Part shown: piece by piece, positions 24,404-36,070 of the stretch
Layout: each line of letters starts with the position of its first letter
Numbering within the stretch: position 1 is the first letter of the stretch
Assembly (NCBI GenBank): GCA_965603825.1
Contig: CBFDEM010000020.1
Coordinates: 496,001-560,000, forward strand
From: Blepharisma stoltei ATCC 30299
Taxonomy: Eukaryota > Protista > Ciliophora
Length of the DNA stretch: 64,000 nucleotides
Direction of reading: 5' to 3'
Notes under the pieces: model-generated
Told to the model about the DNA's origin: nothing
What the model saw: the letters and a program-made list of their open reading frames with translations, nothing else
Databases searched by the model: none
Made by a program: the position numbers and the translations under genes

Positions 24404-24845
24404 ATGGGCAATCTGTCAACAAAAAGGTCAAAGGAAGTGAAAAGGATAGCAGATGTGATCACAGCCCTTCAAGAAGGCACCGATATAAACTTCAACGAAA
24501 ATGACAAATCATTAAGAGTTGAAGCAGTAATTTCTATTAAAGTATAATTGAACTTTTCTTCATTTAGCAGTTTGGTATGGAAATATACCAATTGTAAAAG
24601 AACTATTGAGACAAGGATGGGACCCGGATGCACAAGATGTGGTAATTTCTAATCAGCATGGAGAAAGTCCTCTGCATCTTGCTGAGTATACAAGCAATTA
24701 TGAAATCAGAAATTTGTTGGTTTCAAGCCATGCAAATGAGTTAATATTAAATAAAGTAAAAATCATATAGAAGCAACAAGTTCCAAGAGATCTTTTTACG
24801 CTATATGAAACAAGAAATACTGAGAGCAGTTTGGAAGTTGATTAA
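24404..24845 (+). CDS. Small ankyrin-repeat protein (MGN start, likely myristoylated), 131 aa; exons 24404-24526, 24543-24641, 24657-24755, 24771-24845; absent from the ORF track
   Basis: YN[W]TFLHLAVWYGNIPIVKELLRQGWDPDAQDV / HGESPLHLAEYTSNYEIRNLLVSSHANELILNK / KQQVPRDL; three tiny introns, 1 TGA-Trp (24549). Confidence 0.88.
24527..24542 (+). other. 16-nt intron GTAATTTCTATTAAAG
   Basis: Only 16-nt intron seen; needed to bring the ATG at 24404 in frame with the ankyrin repeat. Confidence 0.82.
24642..24656 (+). other. 15-nt intron GTAATTTCTAATCAG (stop-free)
   Basis: Removal restores exact 33-aa ankyrin spacing. Confidence 0.85.
24756..24770 (+). other. 15-nt intron GTAAAAATCATATAG
   Basis: Removes in-frame TAG; same repeat position as the other two introns. 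Confidence 0.85.
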
Positions 24846-24930
24846 ATTAATACCAGCAATTTTTTTAATCGAATCTCAGTTCAACAGAATAAATATTAAA
24901 CAAATGATTAATTTTAAAAATAATTGCAGT

Positions 24931-27900
24931 TTATGTCTTGAATATCATTTTATTGTTTGCTGATATTTCCATGTTAGCTATCACAGACTCCAGGTCTGCG
25001 CTTTTCTCAATGATTGCTTTGTCAACTGCTTCATACATAGGGATATTGGGCTGATCCACGAGATGGAGCTCCATTTCTTTTCCAGATCTTGCTTCATATA
25101 CACAGACTAAATAATATTTATTGTTCCTCTTTATGCCTTTTTTCATCAATACTTTTCTGTGCTCTTTTGGCTTAATATCTTCGGTGGTCATACTTGGGGT
25201 TGCTTGTTGAGGCTCTTTTTGCTTAGATTTATAAGGAGACCACATGAATTTTACTTCTAATTTTGCGTTGCCGATATTTACTGTTGTTGGAGGAGTTCAT
25301 GATTCAGGAACTGTGGCTGCATGGCTTCAGTCTACAGAGCCTGAAGCGATTTCAGTTCTTGTTTCCAAAGCATAAATTTTTATAGTTAAAGGAAGGATTT
25401 GGCTATTTATTTCAACATCAGATAAAGCTATCTTTTTGGTTCAAGGCGGACCTGCAGTCGAATGAACAAAAGCTTCTCCATATTCAACTCTGCAATAAGA
25501 ACTTTTTACGTTCACGCTACTTAAGATTTCAATCATAACTCCTCCTTTAACAGCTTGACTTGTAGCTGTAGTTTTCTTAGAGGGGAATTTTTCTTCCTCA
25601 GCTTGCTTTTTGGCTGGAAACTTAACTTCTTCGTCCTTAGTCTCTTTTTTTGATGGGAATTTAATTTCTTCTTGCTCCTTGGCTGTTGGCTTCTGTAATA
25701 TTTTAGTTTCTTCTGCTTTTTTTGTGGGAAACTTAGGCTCTTCATTTTTGCTAGGCTGCGCGGCTTCTTTAGAGTAAGAAAGTTTTTGGTTAGCCAGAAC
25801 AGACAAGTTCTTAAAAATATCTTCAATCGGTTGTTTCGGTACATTTAGAGAATGCAGTTCTGTATACATAGGAAGACTGGGATCATCTGCTGGATTCAAT
25901 TCAACTTTATAATTTGTATCTTGTTCATATATTGTCACCATATAATATCTTCCGTTTTCTTTCCACACTTTTCTTGCCAAAATTTTCCTCTTACTCTTCA
26001 TCATCGGCTTTACCTCTTCTCTTGCTTTGTTTCCTCTAAAAATCGCTTGGATTTTTGTGGCAGCTTTTTCTTTAGCTTCATCTTCTTCACTTATCGGTGT
26101 CCATTTCATTCGAATTGCAAGCTCACAGTCTCCATCTAAAGGAACTTTTAATGAAGGAGTCCAATTGGGAGAACTAGAAATTGCCACTTCCATTGATAAA
26201 TTTTTCCACAAAATCATTTGGAGAGTCTCTGAAGACAAAGCTGTAAACTTTAAACTAGGTATCAGTTCATCAGCTTTTAACGCAATATCTTTTATTATTA
26301 GTTCTTCAGATTCTTTTAAGTTTCCCATCACATTTTGTGTTCCAACAGCAAGCTGTACACGAGCTGACCCAAATCCAGAGCAAGATAAAATTTGGAGAGA
26401 TAAACTTCCACTGCCTTCCATTCTAAGAGCATCTTTGGGCATTCACATCAAATGGATCATCACTGAGCCATGCTTTCTATTATTTGGTTCTAGGAGAGGG
26501 AAATCTGATTTTATCGCCCATGAGTTTGGGAAATCTAAAACTGAAAGCCAATTTATCCTGCAAGAAGCGATCATGCCTCGATCTCCTAGAAGTTCAAGGT
26601 AAAGCTCAGAATCTATCTGAGCTGTAGATGTGTCGAAGAGTTTAAGTGTGCTTTTTAGCTTCCAATCAGGATCAGGACCTTGAAGAAATGGGGTTTTAAG
26701 AGTTTTTTCGGTGCCTTTTAGAGTTACCTGAATAGCAAAAGTCCCCTGGCCAAGCCCTTTTCCTTTAACGACACCTACAACAAGGCTTCCATTCAACTTT
26801 CGTGACTGTTTTCTTTCCACCTGCGGTTTTTCTGGCACTTTTTGGTTTTCTTCAGCATTTTCTTGCTTAGGCTGCTCTGGAAATTTAACTAAGCTTCCTA
26901 AAGCCATAGGGTTCGCTTTAATTTTTTCATTAAACTCTGATTTAAACCGATTTTGTGTTGGCTCTTCCTTTTTCGGAACTTCTTTGGCTTTCGGAGGTAG
27001 AATTACAGCCTTATCAATTTTTTCCTTAAATTCGGCAAGTGATATTGATCCTCCATGATCACTATCAAGCACCGCAAATAGCGAATGCCTATCTTCTCGA
27101 CTCAACGGCATATTAATAGTGTCTAGCGCATCTGAAAGCTCTTGGAAATTAATATTCCCATCCCCATTTACATCCAAAAACTGAAAAGCTTGGTCAATAT
27201 CTAGAGAGCTCTTATCGAAATGTTGCTTCAACTTACTAAACAGTTGAGTCTCAAGCTCAGTCATCCTTTGTTCTCTTCCATTCAGTATATCAGCAATATC
27301 ACTCACAGCAATTAATGTCACTCCTGGTCGAAATCCAGCGATTCTTAAAATTGAGACAATGTCTTGCGGGACTAATGCGAGCTGAGCAAGCACTTTTGTT
27401 AATTCAACTTTTGTTATTTTGCCATCTTTGTTTGAGTCTGCGTCTATAAGCCTTTGCTTGAAGCTTGGATGGTTGCCTTTTAATGAAGCTTCTAGCCTTT
27501 GCAAAACTTCATTGTCTTGCAGATGAGCTTTTCCTTGAGCGAATTCAGTTCCTTCATCTTTAAAGTCAAGGCCTTTCAGCAGAATTTGCCCTGCCCTAAA
27601 TCTTAAAGCTCTGTCGTCAGATTTAAGCTTTTCAATGCTACTTTTAAGCTCTTCCACCTCACTTTTGTTTGGCATTGAATCAAGCTCTTTTTTAAGCTCT
27701 TCATTTTTTGCCTTTAAGTCTTCGCACTCCTCCTTGCTTTCTTGAAGTTTTATAGTGATTGAGTTTAACTGCTTTATTGCTACATCTTTTTCTCCTTTGA
27801 GCTGCTTAATTTCATCTTGGCTTGGGATTAATTTTAGGGCTTCTTGATTTTTTTCACGAGTTTCTTGGATTATTTTTTGAGCAGTTGCAATTTCTTGTGT

Positions 27901-29385
27901 TTTATTTTGCATCAGTAACTGAAGCTCTTGGATTCTTTGATCCTTGGATAGTAAAGCTTGCTGCAAATCAAACACTTTTGAGTCAGAAACTTGAAGGAGC
28001 TGCTGGAGTTTCAATATTTTTGAGTCATCTTGCACTATCATTGTAGGATCAGATCTTGGAATTGCAAAATCAGCTCCTAAATTTGAATTTTCAGATAGTC
28101 CAAAGAAACCCATATATTCAGAAGGATCCTCTTGTGGAGGAGGCAGAGCTTTGGGGTATGGAAATAAAACATTGAAAACTTGTAAGACAGCTTCTGAAGG
28201 AGTTAGTTTTGCAAATTCGCGATGCAGAGCTCCAGCTGATTGAACTGAATTTAGTCATGCTGATGAGTATATTTGAGGCTTCAGTGCATGCTGATTTGTG
28301 TTAATCCCAGCTTCTTGGATTTTTTTCAAAAATGCTATCAATTTTTCTCGGTTCTCTGAAGATTGCACTGATGGAGGTTCAAAGATTGGCTTATCAGGCT
28401 TTGTTTTCTTTATGCTTGGCAGCTTATCTTCTGTAAGTTTTTGGTCATGGCTTAAATTTTGTATTGGCTCTGGCTCATTTCCATATAGTAAAACAAGCTG
28501 CTTTATATTTTGATTTGCTGCCAAATCTACTGGAGATTTCATCATTGAGTCTTTCGATTCAATATTTGCCCCCCACTTAAGTAAGATCCTAATGCTTCTA
28601 GGCTTTCCAGCTTCACATGCATGATGCAAAGGAGTTTTATTGTCTGAATCAGGAATGTCAACAGGAATTCCTGACTCAAGCAATTTCCTTATAATTTCAA
28701 CTTGTTTAGGATGAGGATTAAAAATTGCATAATGCAGAGCACTTCTTCCTGTGTAATCTTTCCCATCAAGCGCTCTTGTATCTTTATTTAATAATACAGT
28801 AATAGCTTGTGAATTTGTTGAGCAAGCTGCAAAAAGCAAAGCAGTCCGACCCAAACTATCTCTTGCATGAATATCAGCTCCTTTTGATAGCAAAAAAGCG
28901 ATAATATTTGCATGACCATTTGTGCAGGCTAAATGCAGAGGGGTTGAGAGCAGTTTATCTCTGGCATCGATTGACCAGCCCTTTGCAACTAAACTTTTTA
29001 CTATATCGAAGTGCCCTTCTCGAGAGGCAAGATGCAGACAGCTTTTTTTGGTTTCATCAACTGCATCCTTGCAGGCATTTAAATCACTAATTTTCAGAAA
29101 TTCGTCGAGTTTTTTGAGATCTCCTCGAAGTGTTGCTGCAAATAAAGGAGAAAACATGTTATCGTTTTGCCGAGTTAATCATTTAATGTTAAATTTGGCA
29201 CGCCGCAAGCGCTCATCTGCTTTTTCTTGGAAGTTGTGTCAATCTTCTCCCGTAGCGGTTTTAAATTCTTCGGGGAAATTTGGAGAGGTTTGAGTTATCG
29301 CAATTTCTTCTAGTGTGAGATGGTTGAAACCTTTTCTTTTGAATTTGTCTATTACATGCCTTATAGATGGGTCAACTGCTTTCAT
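24931..29385 (-). CDS. Multidomain protein: ankyrin repeats, coiled coil, EF-hands, three C2-like domains, IQ motif; 1484 aa; 7 TGA-Trp
   Basis: TPLHLAC/SALHYA/TPLHHAC ankyrins; DSNKDGKIT, DVNGDGNINFQE, DSDHGGSISLAE EF-hands; KAATKIQAIFRGNKAR IQ; TGAs 29239, 29179, 28255, 26443, 25441, 25327, 25297 all in one frame. Confidence 0.87.
25572..25746 (-). repeat. Four copies of coding motif EE(x)KFP(S/T/A)KK in a low-complexity linker
   Basis: EEPKFPTKK, EEIKFPSKK, EEVKFPAKK, EEEKFPSKK. Confidence 0.75.
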
Positions 29386-29659
29386 ATTTAGAAAAATTAT
29401 TTAAATTAATAAATTTGCTGTAAATCGAAATTATGATGCTCATCTAGGCAAGATATAATAACTTTAAATTGATCTTATACATAATGATTATTACTAAGAT
29501 GTTTATGTATAACGATTATCGCACTAAGATATATCTATGATGATAAAGAGGCCCCAATCTTGACTTTAGCTAACAAAATTTTTCTTAATAGTTTTTAAAT
29601 TCAATAGGAATGAGTAATATGTCTTTTTTCAGTCATATATAAAAGATTAATCAACAAAA

Positions 29660-30472
29660 ATGGCTCTTGATTGTCATTCAAAATTTAGAAAATTTCAGGA
29701 CTTAGAAAGCACTAAATTTCATCCAGGACAGTCAATGTCAGGAACTTACAGTACGTCATCTTCTAATCAGAGTCCAAAGCAACAAATTTCACCTCAAAAC
29801 AAAAATACAAGGTTCATCAGGCGATATAATATGCTGATGAATAGATTCGCATCTAAAGCACTTTATAAGCCTATAGAAAACGCTAGTTCTGCTCAAAAAC
29901 TTAATGACAAAATAGAAAAAGTTAGCATAGATTTTCCAAGCTATATTATTGATACCGTTGATAATACTGTTTTACCACATTTTGGCGATATAAGTTCAAT
30001 TAAAATAGAAGAATCTCGAGTGGACTCTATAAATGACGGATTATTTTTCAATGAAAATGAAATCGACTCATGCTTACAGCCATGACACTTAGCTGAGCAA
30101 GCTGGCAATGTCCTTCAGAAGAGAGATATTGACGAGTTTGTTAAAAGCTCAATGAAGTACGGAGAAAAAGTAGCCAAAATATTAGTAAGCACTGGAGTCG
30201 TTCCTCTTAGTAAACTTAAGCATAATCCCCAAAGTCCTACAATTAAAACTGAAAGAACTTCAAAATTCAGGCCAATATCTGAAGGACAAATTGACTTTTT
30301 GAAATACAGATCTCAGACAGCAAGAACCACTGTCAAGCATAAGAGCGAAGTACCATTTAGCAATGTAAAGCATATTACGGTCCGCCTATCACCAGCAACA
30401 TCTTCAGTTGAGTTACTTCAACAGATAAAAAGCAAGTCATATAAAGATTTGTTGGTAAATAAAAGGCGATAA
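29660..30472 (+). CDS. Hypothetical protein, 270 aa; 1 TGA-Trp
   Basis: Track ORFs 29660 and 30152 are in one frame through TGA 30083-30085. Confidence 0.7.
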
Positions 30473-30812
30473 AATGTATTTAATTAGTAATTCTATAAAT
30501 TTTATAAGAAATAGAGCTAAAATTATTGGTTGTCCATTTCGAATAAGCCATCTACATCAAAATAAAATGTGTAATCAAAGAATATGGGAAATGGTGGTCC
30601 CAAGTTCAAATTTGAAAAAATAAATTTTAAGATAATTGATTAAAAATATATAAGCTAGATTTTTGTCAAATACTTTAATAATTAACTTAGCAAATCAAAA
30701 GCATAACAACTAAAAGTTATATTAGCTTCACCCTCCTGCTAAAATAGTCTTTAATCTACTGAGATTTGTTACAGATCTATCAAGGAAATATATTATTTAA
30801 ATTATCAATTTT

Positions 30813-31415
30813 CTATTTTGCAAATTTTTTCTTTAGCTTTTGTCTAAGCTCTTCTTCGAATAGCAGACCTCTTGGGACTGGAGGAGCTTCAGACTCAGAA
30901 TCTTGAGAAAAAGAAGAGCTAAAACGGTCTTGCCTCTCACTTGCCTGCTCTGATTGCTCATCTTTAACTGAGTTTGGTTGAGCTGCAGGCACTGGGTCAG
31001 GAATTTTAAAAACTTGGGGGGCTGGTGTTGGTTCTGACGATTGCATATTCTGATTTCTTTCTTGTCGCTCTTTTACTCGTAGTGCAATTTCATCTTTCAT
31101 GCTTAGCTTGGCTGCTTGAGGCTTTGAGGAGCCATAAAGAAGATTTTCAATTGGCTTTGGTAGACTTGCAGAGCTAGTAAGTTTGTGCTTTGTGTCTGCA
31201 GAAGGCTCTAAGTAACTCAATGCAGATCTTCCCCTTAACTGAATTACATTCAATAACTCTCAATTATCAATTTCTTCATGTCAGCAATATGTCTCTCTGG
31301 TGATGATACCTTGGATGAATTTTTCTTTGAACTCATTTATAGTGAAAGGTCCAACCTGTTCATCGTTTTTAGCTTCATCTATATAATATCAATGTATTTC
31401 TTCTAATTTAAACAT
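30813..31415 (-). CDS. GYF_2 (DUF4339) domain protein, 200 aa; 3 TGA-Trp
   Basis: H[W]YYIDEAKNDEQVGPFTINEFKEKFIQGIITRETYC[W]HEEIDN[W]ELL fits the GYF_2 consensus W-Y-Y..GP(F/Y)..G-I....T..W.E....W; TGAs 31389, 31281, 31260. Confidence 0.85.
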
Positions 31416-31749
31416 TAATTTATGCTTGATTTGCCTGAGTAAATTACTTGATTATAAACATTGGCTTATTGATAAAAGTACTTATTATAATAATACAATT
31501 TGAGATGATATTATCAATATTTAAGACTTTATTTTCTCTCTAATCAACATTTGACTATCTTACTGTCAAGAAATAGCATTATAGCAACTTTCCTTCCTTT
31601 TAAAATTATTAAAATCATGGCATTCATTCATTTCATAAAAATGAAATCTAGTAAATTACATAATAACTCAAAACTAAAGCAAACTGCCAATAGCTTCTGC
31701 AGATAATTCAAAAATTGAATGTGTTATTTAATAATTATTGTTAACAAAT

Positions 31750-32586
31750 ATGAAAGGATCGAAATCCCACTTCTCACATCCACTTACTCTCCCAAGAAGT
31801 CCATCAACCAAGCTCAAATGCAGCAGTTTAACCAGAACAAAATCTCCTAATATAATTTCTACTATAAACCCGTCATTAACTCTCACATCGTATAAATACA
31901 AGCTCCGAGCCTTAAAAAGAGCGAAAAGCCCAGGCTTAAATATTTCCAAAACTTCTATAAATCCCCAGAAATCAGTTTTCTATTCTCCAAAATCTGCCTG
32001 CCAAACAAGTGAAGCATTAATAACTTCTCCTTATTTATCGAGATTATACGAAAATGATTCTGAAAATAGTTTTGAGTCAACCAATACTTGCCTGCGTACA
32101 AACTTAGACAATTATCCAAAGTCACCTGACATGATCACATCGGGGATCTTTTCAAGATTGGAAGACCAAATCCCCTATAATTCTCGATCAGTCCAAAGTT
32201 TTGAAAGCAAATTCACATCAAGTCCTCAAGCCTTCACATCTCTTAAAGAGGAAATTTTAAGCGCGAAAGAAATATTTCAGACTGAAATCCAAGCAATTAG
32301 AAATGATATGAAAAATATAAAAATTGGGGTTATTAATAAATATAGGGAAAGAGAAGAGCAAAGCACAAGTGGAAGTGAAAGGCTGGAAATGGAAAATTTG
32401 TATATACAAAAAATAAAAAATAACCAGAAAAAGATTGATATGCTGAAGAAAGAAAATGAGGTGCTTAAAGCAAAGCTAAACCAGCAAGAATTATTTTCGG
32501 AAGAAGAGAGTAAAAGTAAAAAAAGTAGGAGACTACAAAAAAAATTAGAAGTGATACAAAACTCTATTGATAAAGAATATGTATAA
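31750..32586 (+). CDS. Hypothetical S/T-rich plus coiled-coil protein, 278 aa
   Basis: Long ATG-TAA ORF with typical coding composition. Confidence 0.7.
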   Translation: MKGSKSHFSHPLTLPRSPSTKLKCSSLTRTKSPNIISTINPSLTLTSYKYKLRALKRAKSPGLNISKTSINPQKSVFYSPKSACQTSEALITSPYLSRLYENDSENSFESTNTCLRTNLDNYPKSPDMITSGIFSRLEDQIPYNSRSVQSFESKFTSSPQAFTSLKEEILSAKEIFQTEIQAIRNDMKNIKIGVINKYREREEQSTSGSERLEMENLYIQKIKNNQKKIDMLKKENEVLKAKLNQQELFSEEESKSKKSRRLQKKLEVIQNSIDKEYV

Positions 32587-32601
32587 TATTAAATAGATGA
32601 G

Positions 32602-34929
32602 TTAACTCAGCTTTCCAATAATTGTTCTTTCAGATCTTCCTGATGATTTGCTGTTTAATACATTGTTTGCTGCTTATAAATTACTGAGTTCGTCAATCTG
32701 ATCCATCATGATACCATCAATTAACGCTTTCTTTCTATTATGCTCTACAATTTTCTTTTTCTATATAATTCTTACTTGTGAGTCGAAATATTTTTTTTCT
32801 TTTTTCAATTTTTTCAACTTTTCTTCTTCCTCACTCTTTCTTTTCATAGAAATCTCTATCTGCTCTTTTTCCTTCAAAACTCTGAGCTCTTCAAGCTTCT
32901 TTTTTTGCTGCTCTAAATACTTTCTTCGCTTTAATTCCTGCAGTTGCTGCTTTATTTCATCTTCTTCTTCCTTTTTTCTTTCTTCTTCAAGTTTTTCAAG
33001 CTCTCTTTTGATTTTTTCTTCTCTATAAGCCTCAATTTTTGCCAATTTTATCATATTATTTTCTGCAGCCTTCATGAATTTCTTCCTTTTTTCAGTTTCT
33101 ACGTACTCAGAATATCCAGCGGTTTCTTCAACCTTTGCGCTGCTGTTTCTATATCGGATTGTCATATGTTTGGGCAATCCATTGAAAGAGAGATTGGACC
33201 GAGGAGTTTCAGTATTTTCTGATCTGACTGTGGAAGAACGAGTTTGTCTTGGATAAGTAGGCAATGGCAGGACTTCTTTTGGAGGGGTCTGTGGCTTCGG
33301 AATTTCATCTGATGATAAATAGTGTTTGCAAGGTGGTTTTAGGGTGCAGATTGGACATCTTCCTTCTTTTCCAATTTTGAACTTCAAGTTCTCAACAGCA
33401 TTTTCTAAATCTTTTTTCCGTCACTCTTCCAATGTTGACTGTATACCAGCTCCAGATTCTAGAGCAGGCAGAATATCCTTTATTTGAGGGGGTGGAGGAA
33501 AATCGCGAACTTGATTGGATGATGAAGAAGATTTGGATTGAGATGCTGTCACAAAAAATGAATTTTCTGTTGAATCCATTTGCTTAAAAGTTTGGAGTTC
33601 CAGCCTTAGGTTTTTGTTTTCTTGTTTAAGTTTTTCCACTTCTTCAACTGTTATGTCTCGAGTAATTTTCTTAAGTCGCTCATTTTCTTCCTTTAAGCTT
33701 CATATTTGCTGATTGATTTCTTGAAACCCTCCTTTTTTCCTTAAATTTAACATATCTTTTAAATGTTGTATTTCTCTCTGGAGCTTTGAAACCAATTGAT
33801 CATTGGTGGCTGAAATCTCATTTTTCTTTATTTTAACCATCACTTGTTTAGCCCTGTCTGCAAATTTTAAAGTATTTATTGTCTCTTCTATATATTCTAA
33901 TGAAGGAGAAACAGTTGCAATTAAAATTGTTCTTGTATTGACTGCTAATGAGTCTTGCAAAATCCTTGTCAACTTAGACTCTCTAAAAGGAATGTGAGCA
34001 GAATTTTGAGACCCAAGAGCGCTTATAACTTTCCCTAATATTGATAAAGACTTATTAATAAGTGTCATTTCTTGGATATGCTCTTTAACCATATTGGAGT
34101 CTTTATCATATTTTTCTGATCCTGCAAGATCACAAAGATTTAGCTTAGCTTTCTTCAAAACTCCTCGCTTATTAGCTTTATCACTTTCTAACAGAATTTG
34201 AAAAATCGTATGTGACCTGCTTGAATGATGGTTATATCGAGTTTGCCTGACTATTCTATTCTTATCTCCTTGCTCAAGCAAGTAAAAACAATCAGCTGCA
34301 TTTTGCACGACATATTCTGCAAGGTTCTCCACAAAAATCCCATTCACTTTGTCTTCTCTTATATTCAAAGGCTTATCTCTTGTTGCATTTTGGAGTAAAT
34401 CATATATTTTTTCATTATAAATCTGTAGAAAGGAACAATAAAATGTAAAAGATTTACCTTCAGCATATTCCATTAAATGATGAATCGAGTTCAATATGAT
34501 CCCGTATTTAGATGGATCATTGAACATATGGCTGGGGCTTGCTGATTTATACTTTCGAATACTTCTGTTTTGTGGCTGCTTATAATACACTTGGGGAGCA
34601 GGATTATTTTGCTCCCAATCAGATCCAAACATTGTATAGGTTTTGCCTGATCCTGTTTGCCCATATGCAAAAATTGTGCAGTTGAAGCCTTTTACAGTGC
34701 CTTCGACTGATGACTTTACATATCCGAAAACTTCGTTTTGTGAAGAATCAGATGGAAAAATTCGATCATAAGAAGCAGCGATGAAATGGTCGCCATCACT
34801 TACTCTAATATTGTTATTCTAATTATAAAGTACTTCTTCTAAATAGACAACAGAATCCTGGAATTTATCGATAGGCAGGATTGGCCGAACTCTAATTGCA
34901 ACTTTTAAATTCTCTGAGTTTTCTTCCAT
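32602..34929 (-). CDS. N-terminal motor kinesin, ~760 aa; 3 introns, 2 TGA-Trp
   Basis: LKVAIRVRP, FAYGQTGSGKTYTM, SSRSHTIF, CDLAGSE, HIPFRESKLTRIL, ETINTLKFA; tail contains CPICTLKPPCKH and coiled coil; last intron and stop less certain (alternative TAA 32674-32676). Confidence 0.9.
32670..32684 (-). other. 15-nt intron GTAATTTATAAGCAG (probable)
   Basis: Consensus match; removes in-frame TAA. Confidence 0.6.
32761..32775 (-). other. 15-nt intron GTAAGAATTATATAG
   Basis: Consensus match; removes in-frame TAG; coiled coil continues. Confidence 0.8.
34819..34833 (-). other. 15-nt intron GTACTTTATAATTAG
   Basis: Joins the VAIRVRP exon to the P-loop exon of the kinesin motor. Confidence 0.92.
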
Positions 34930-35097
34930 TTTAACTTATTAAAATTCAATTAATGTTATTGCGATGAATTTCTTTTCTTTCTTTATTTTGGCAGTTGAAT
35001 AAACTCAAATAATTAGTAGCCTACTAAACATGCTTTATTTTGCTGGAGCCTTTTGATTTAATTGTAAAATAAATAATTATATTAGTTTACTGATTAA

Positions 35098-35349
35098 TTA
35101 AAATAAACTGTCAGATGAGAAATCACTTTCACTGTTACTAATATCTCCATAGTATAATAAAACATCATCTTCAAGTGAGCTCATCAGATAATCAATCCTG
35201 GCAATCTCAAACTTAGCTTTTTCCAATTGAGCCAAATGATGCTGCTTTACAGCAAAATTAGATTCTTTATCAATTAGAAACTCCAATATCTTCTTCTCTC
35301 TTTCTCTACTGATTTGTTGTAATCTAAAGCGGGCTTGAATTCTATCCAT
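35098..35349 (-). CDS. Small hypothetical protein, 83 aa
   Basis: AAAATG start context, TAA stop, helical/acidic composition. Confidence 0.55.
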   Translation of the reverse strand: MDRIQARFRLQQISREREKKILEFLIDKESNFAVKQHHLAQLEKAKFEIARIDYLMSSLEDDVLLYYGDISNSESDFSSDSLF

Positions 35350-35412
35350 TTTATATTTAAATCGAGTTATCTTATAAAATGGCTCATAAACTAAAATACT
35401 CGCATAAATAAA

Positions 35413-35868
35413 ATGCTCAAAAGTAAACCAAACTCCTCACTACCTCTCCAAGTTCTCATATTTTTAGATGAATATTATACCTGGTTCTGGTTTTTGATTT
35501 CTTTATCTATGTTTGTTATCAAAGGATATTCACTTGAATACCCTAAATATACAGTTGGAGGCGAAGTGGCCGGGATTTTCTTAGTCACTGCTGTGCAACA
35601 ATATAGACTATTTCTAGGTAACTAAGAGTCAGGATCTGTTGGAAACAAAACTGAAGGTGTTATTTATCTTGTTTGGTTTATTATATTCAGCATTCCACCA
35701 ATTATTGGAGCGATTTACTATATAGTTATTCAAACTTATGTGTAAATTTTATTCAGACTTATTTTAGATGTGATAATTAATGCGGCATTTTTGGTATTGG
35801 TAGGATTAGAGTGTCTTATGAGCATCATGACAATAATAAATTTCAAAAGTGCAGAGAAATATAGCTAA
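35413..35868 (+). CDS. TMEM216: Ciliary transition-zone protein of the TMEM216/TMEM80/TMEM17 family, 141 aa; 2 introns
   Basis: SSLPLQVLIFLDEYY..IKGYSLEYP..RLFLGSVGNKTE..YYIVIQTYVLILDVIIN; introns 35618-35632 and 35742-35756. Confidence 0.85.
35618..35632 (+). other. 15-nt intron GTAACTAAGAGTCAG
   Basis: Restores the RLFLG.xGN motif. Confidence 0.9.
35742..35756 (+). other. 15-nt intron GTAAATTTTATTCAG
   Basis: Restores the QTYVL motif. Confidence 0.9.
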
Positions 35869-36070
35869 TAAATATTGATTTTTTTTTCATACTAAAAATT
35901 AATTTATCTCAAAACGATTTGATAATAATTTTTAGCTCTTATGCAATTTAAAGAATTTTATTGTGACTATGTTTATATTAAAATACTTTTAACTGAATGT
36001 GTAAATTATAAATTATTTTATATAATTATGCATTTAGTACCGATTTATTACATAATATTGCAATGATATA

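Noticed and set aside
29537-29600. ATGATGA C-box-like motif
   Set aside because: No downstream CTGA D box or identifiable target.
31234-31247. 14-nt intron joining the ATG at 31336 to ORF 30813-31253
   Set aside because: Unnecessary: the same frame extends upstream through three TGAs into a clear GYF_2 domain starting at 31415.
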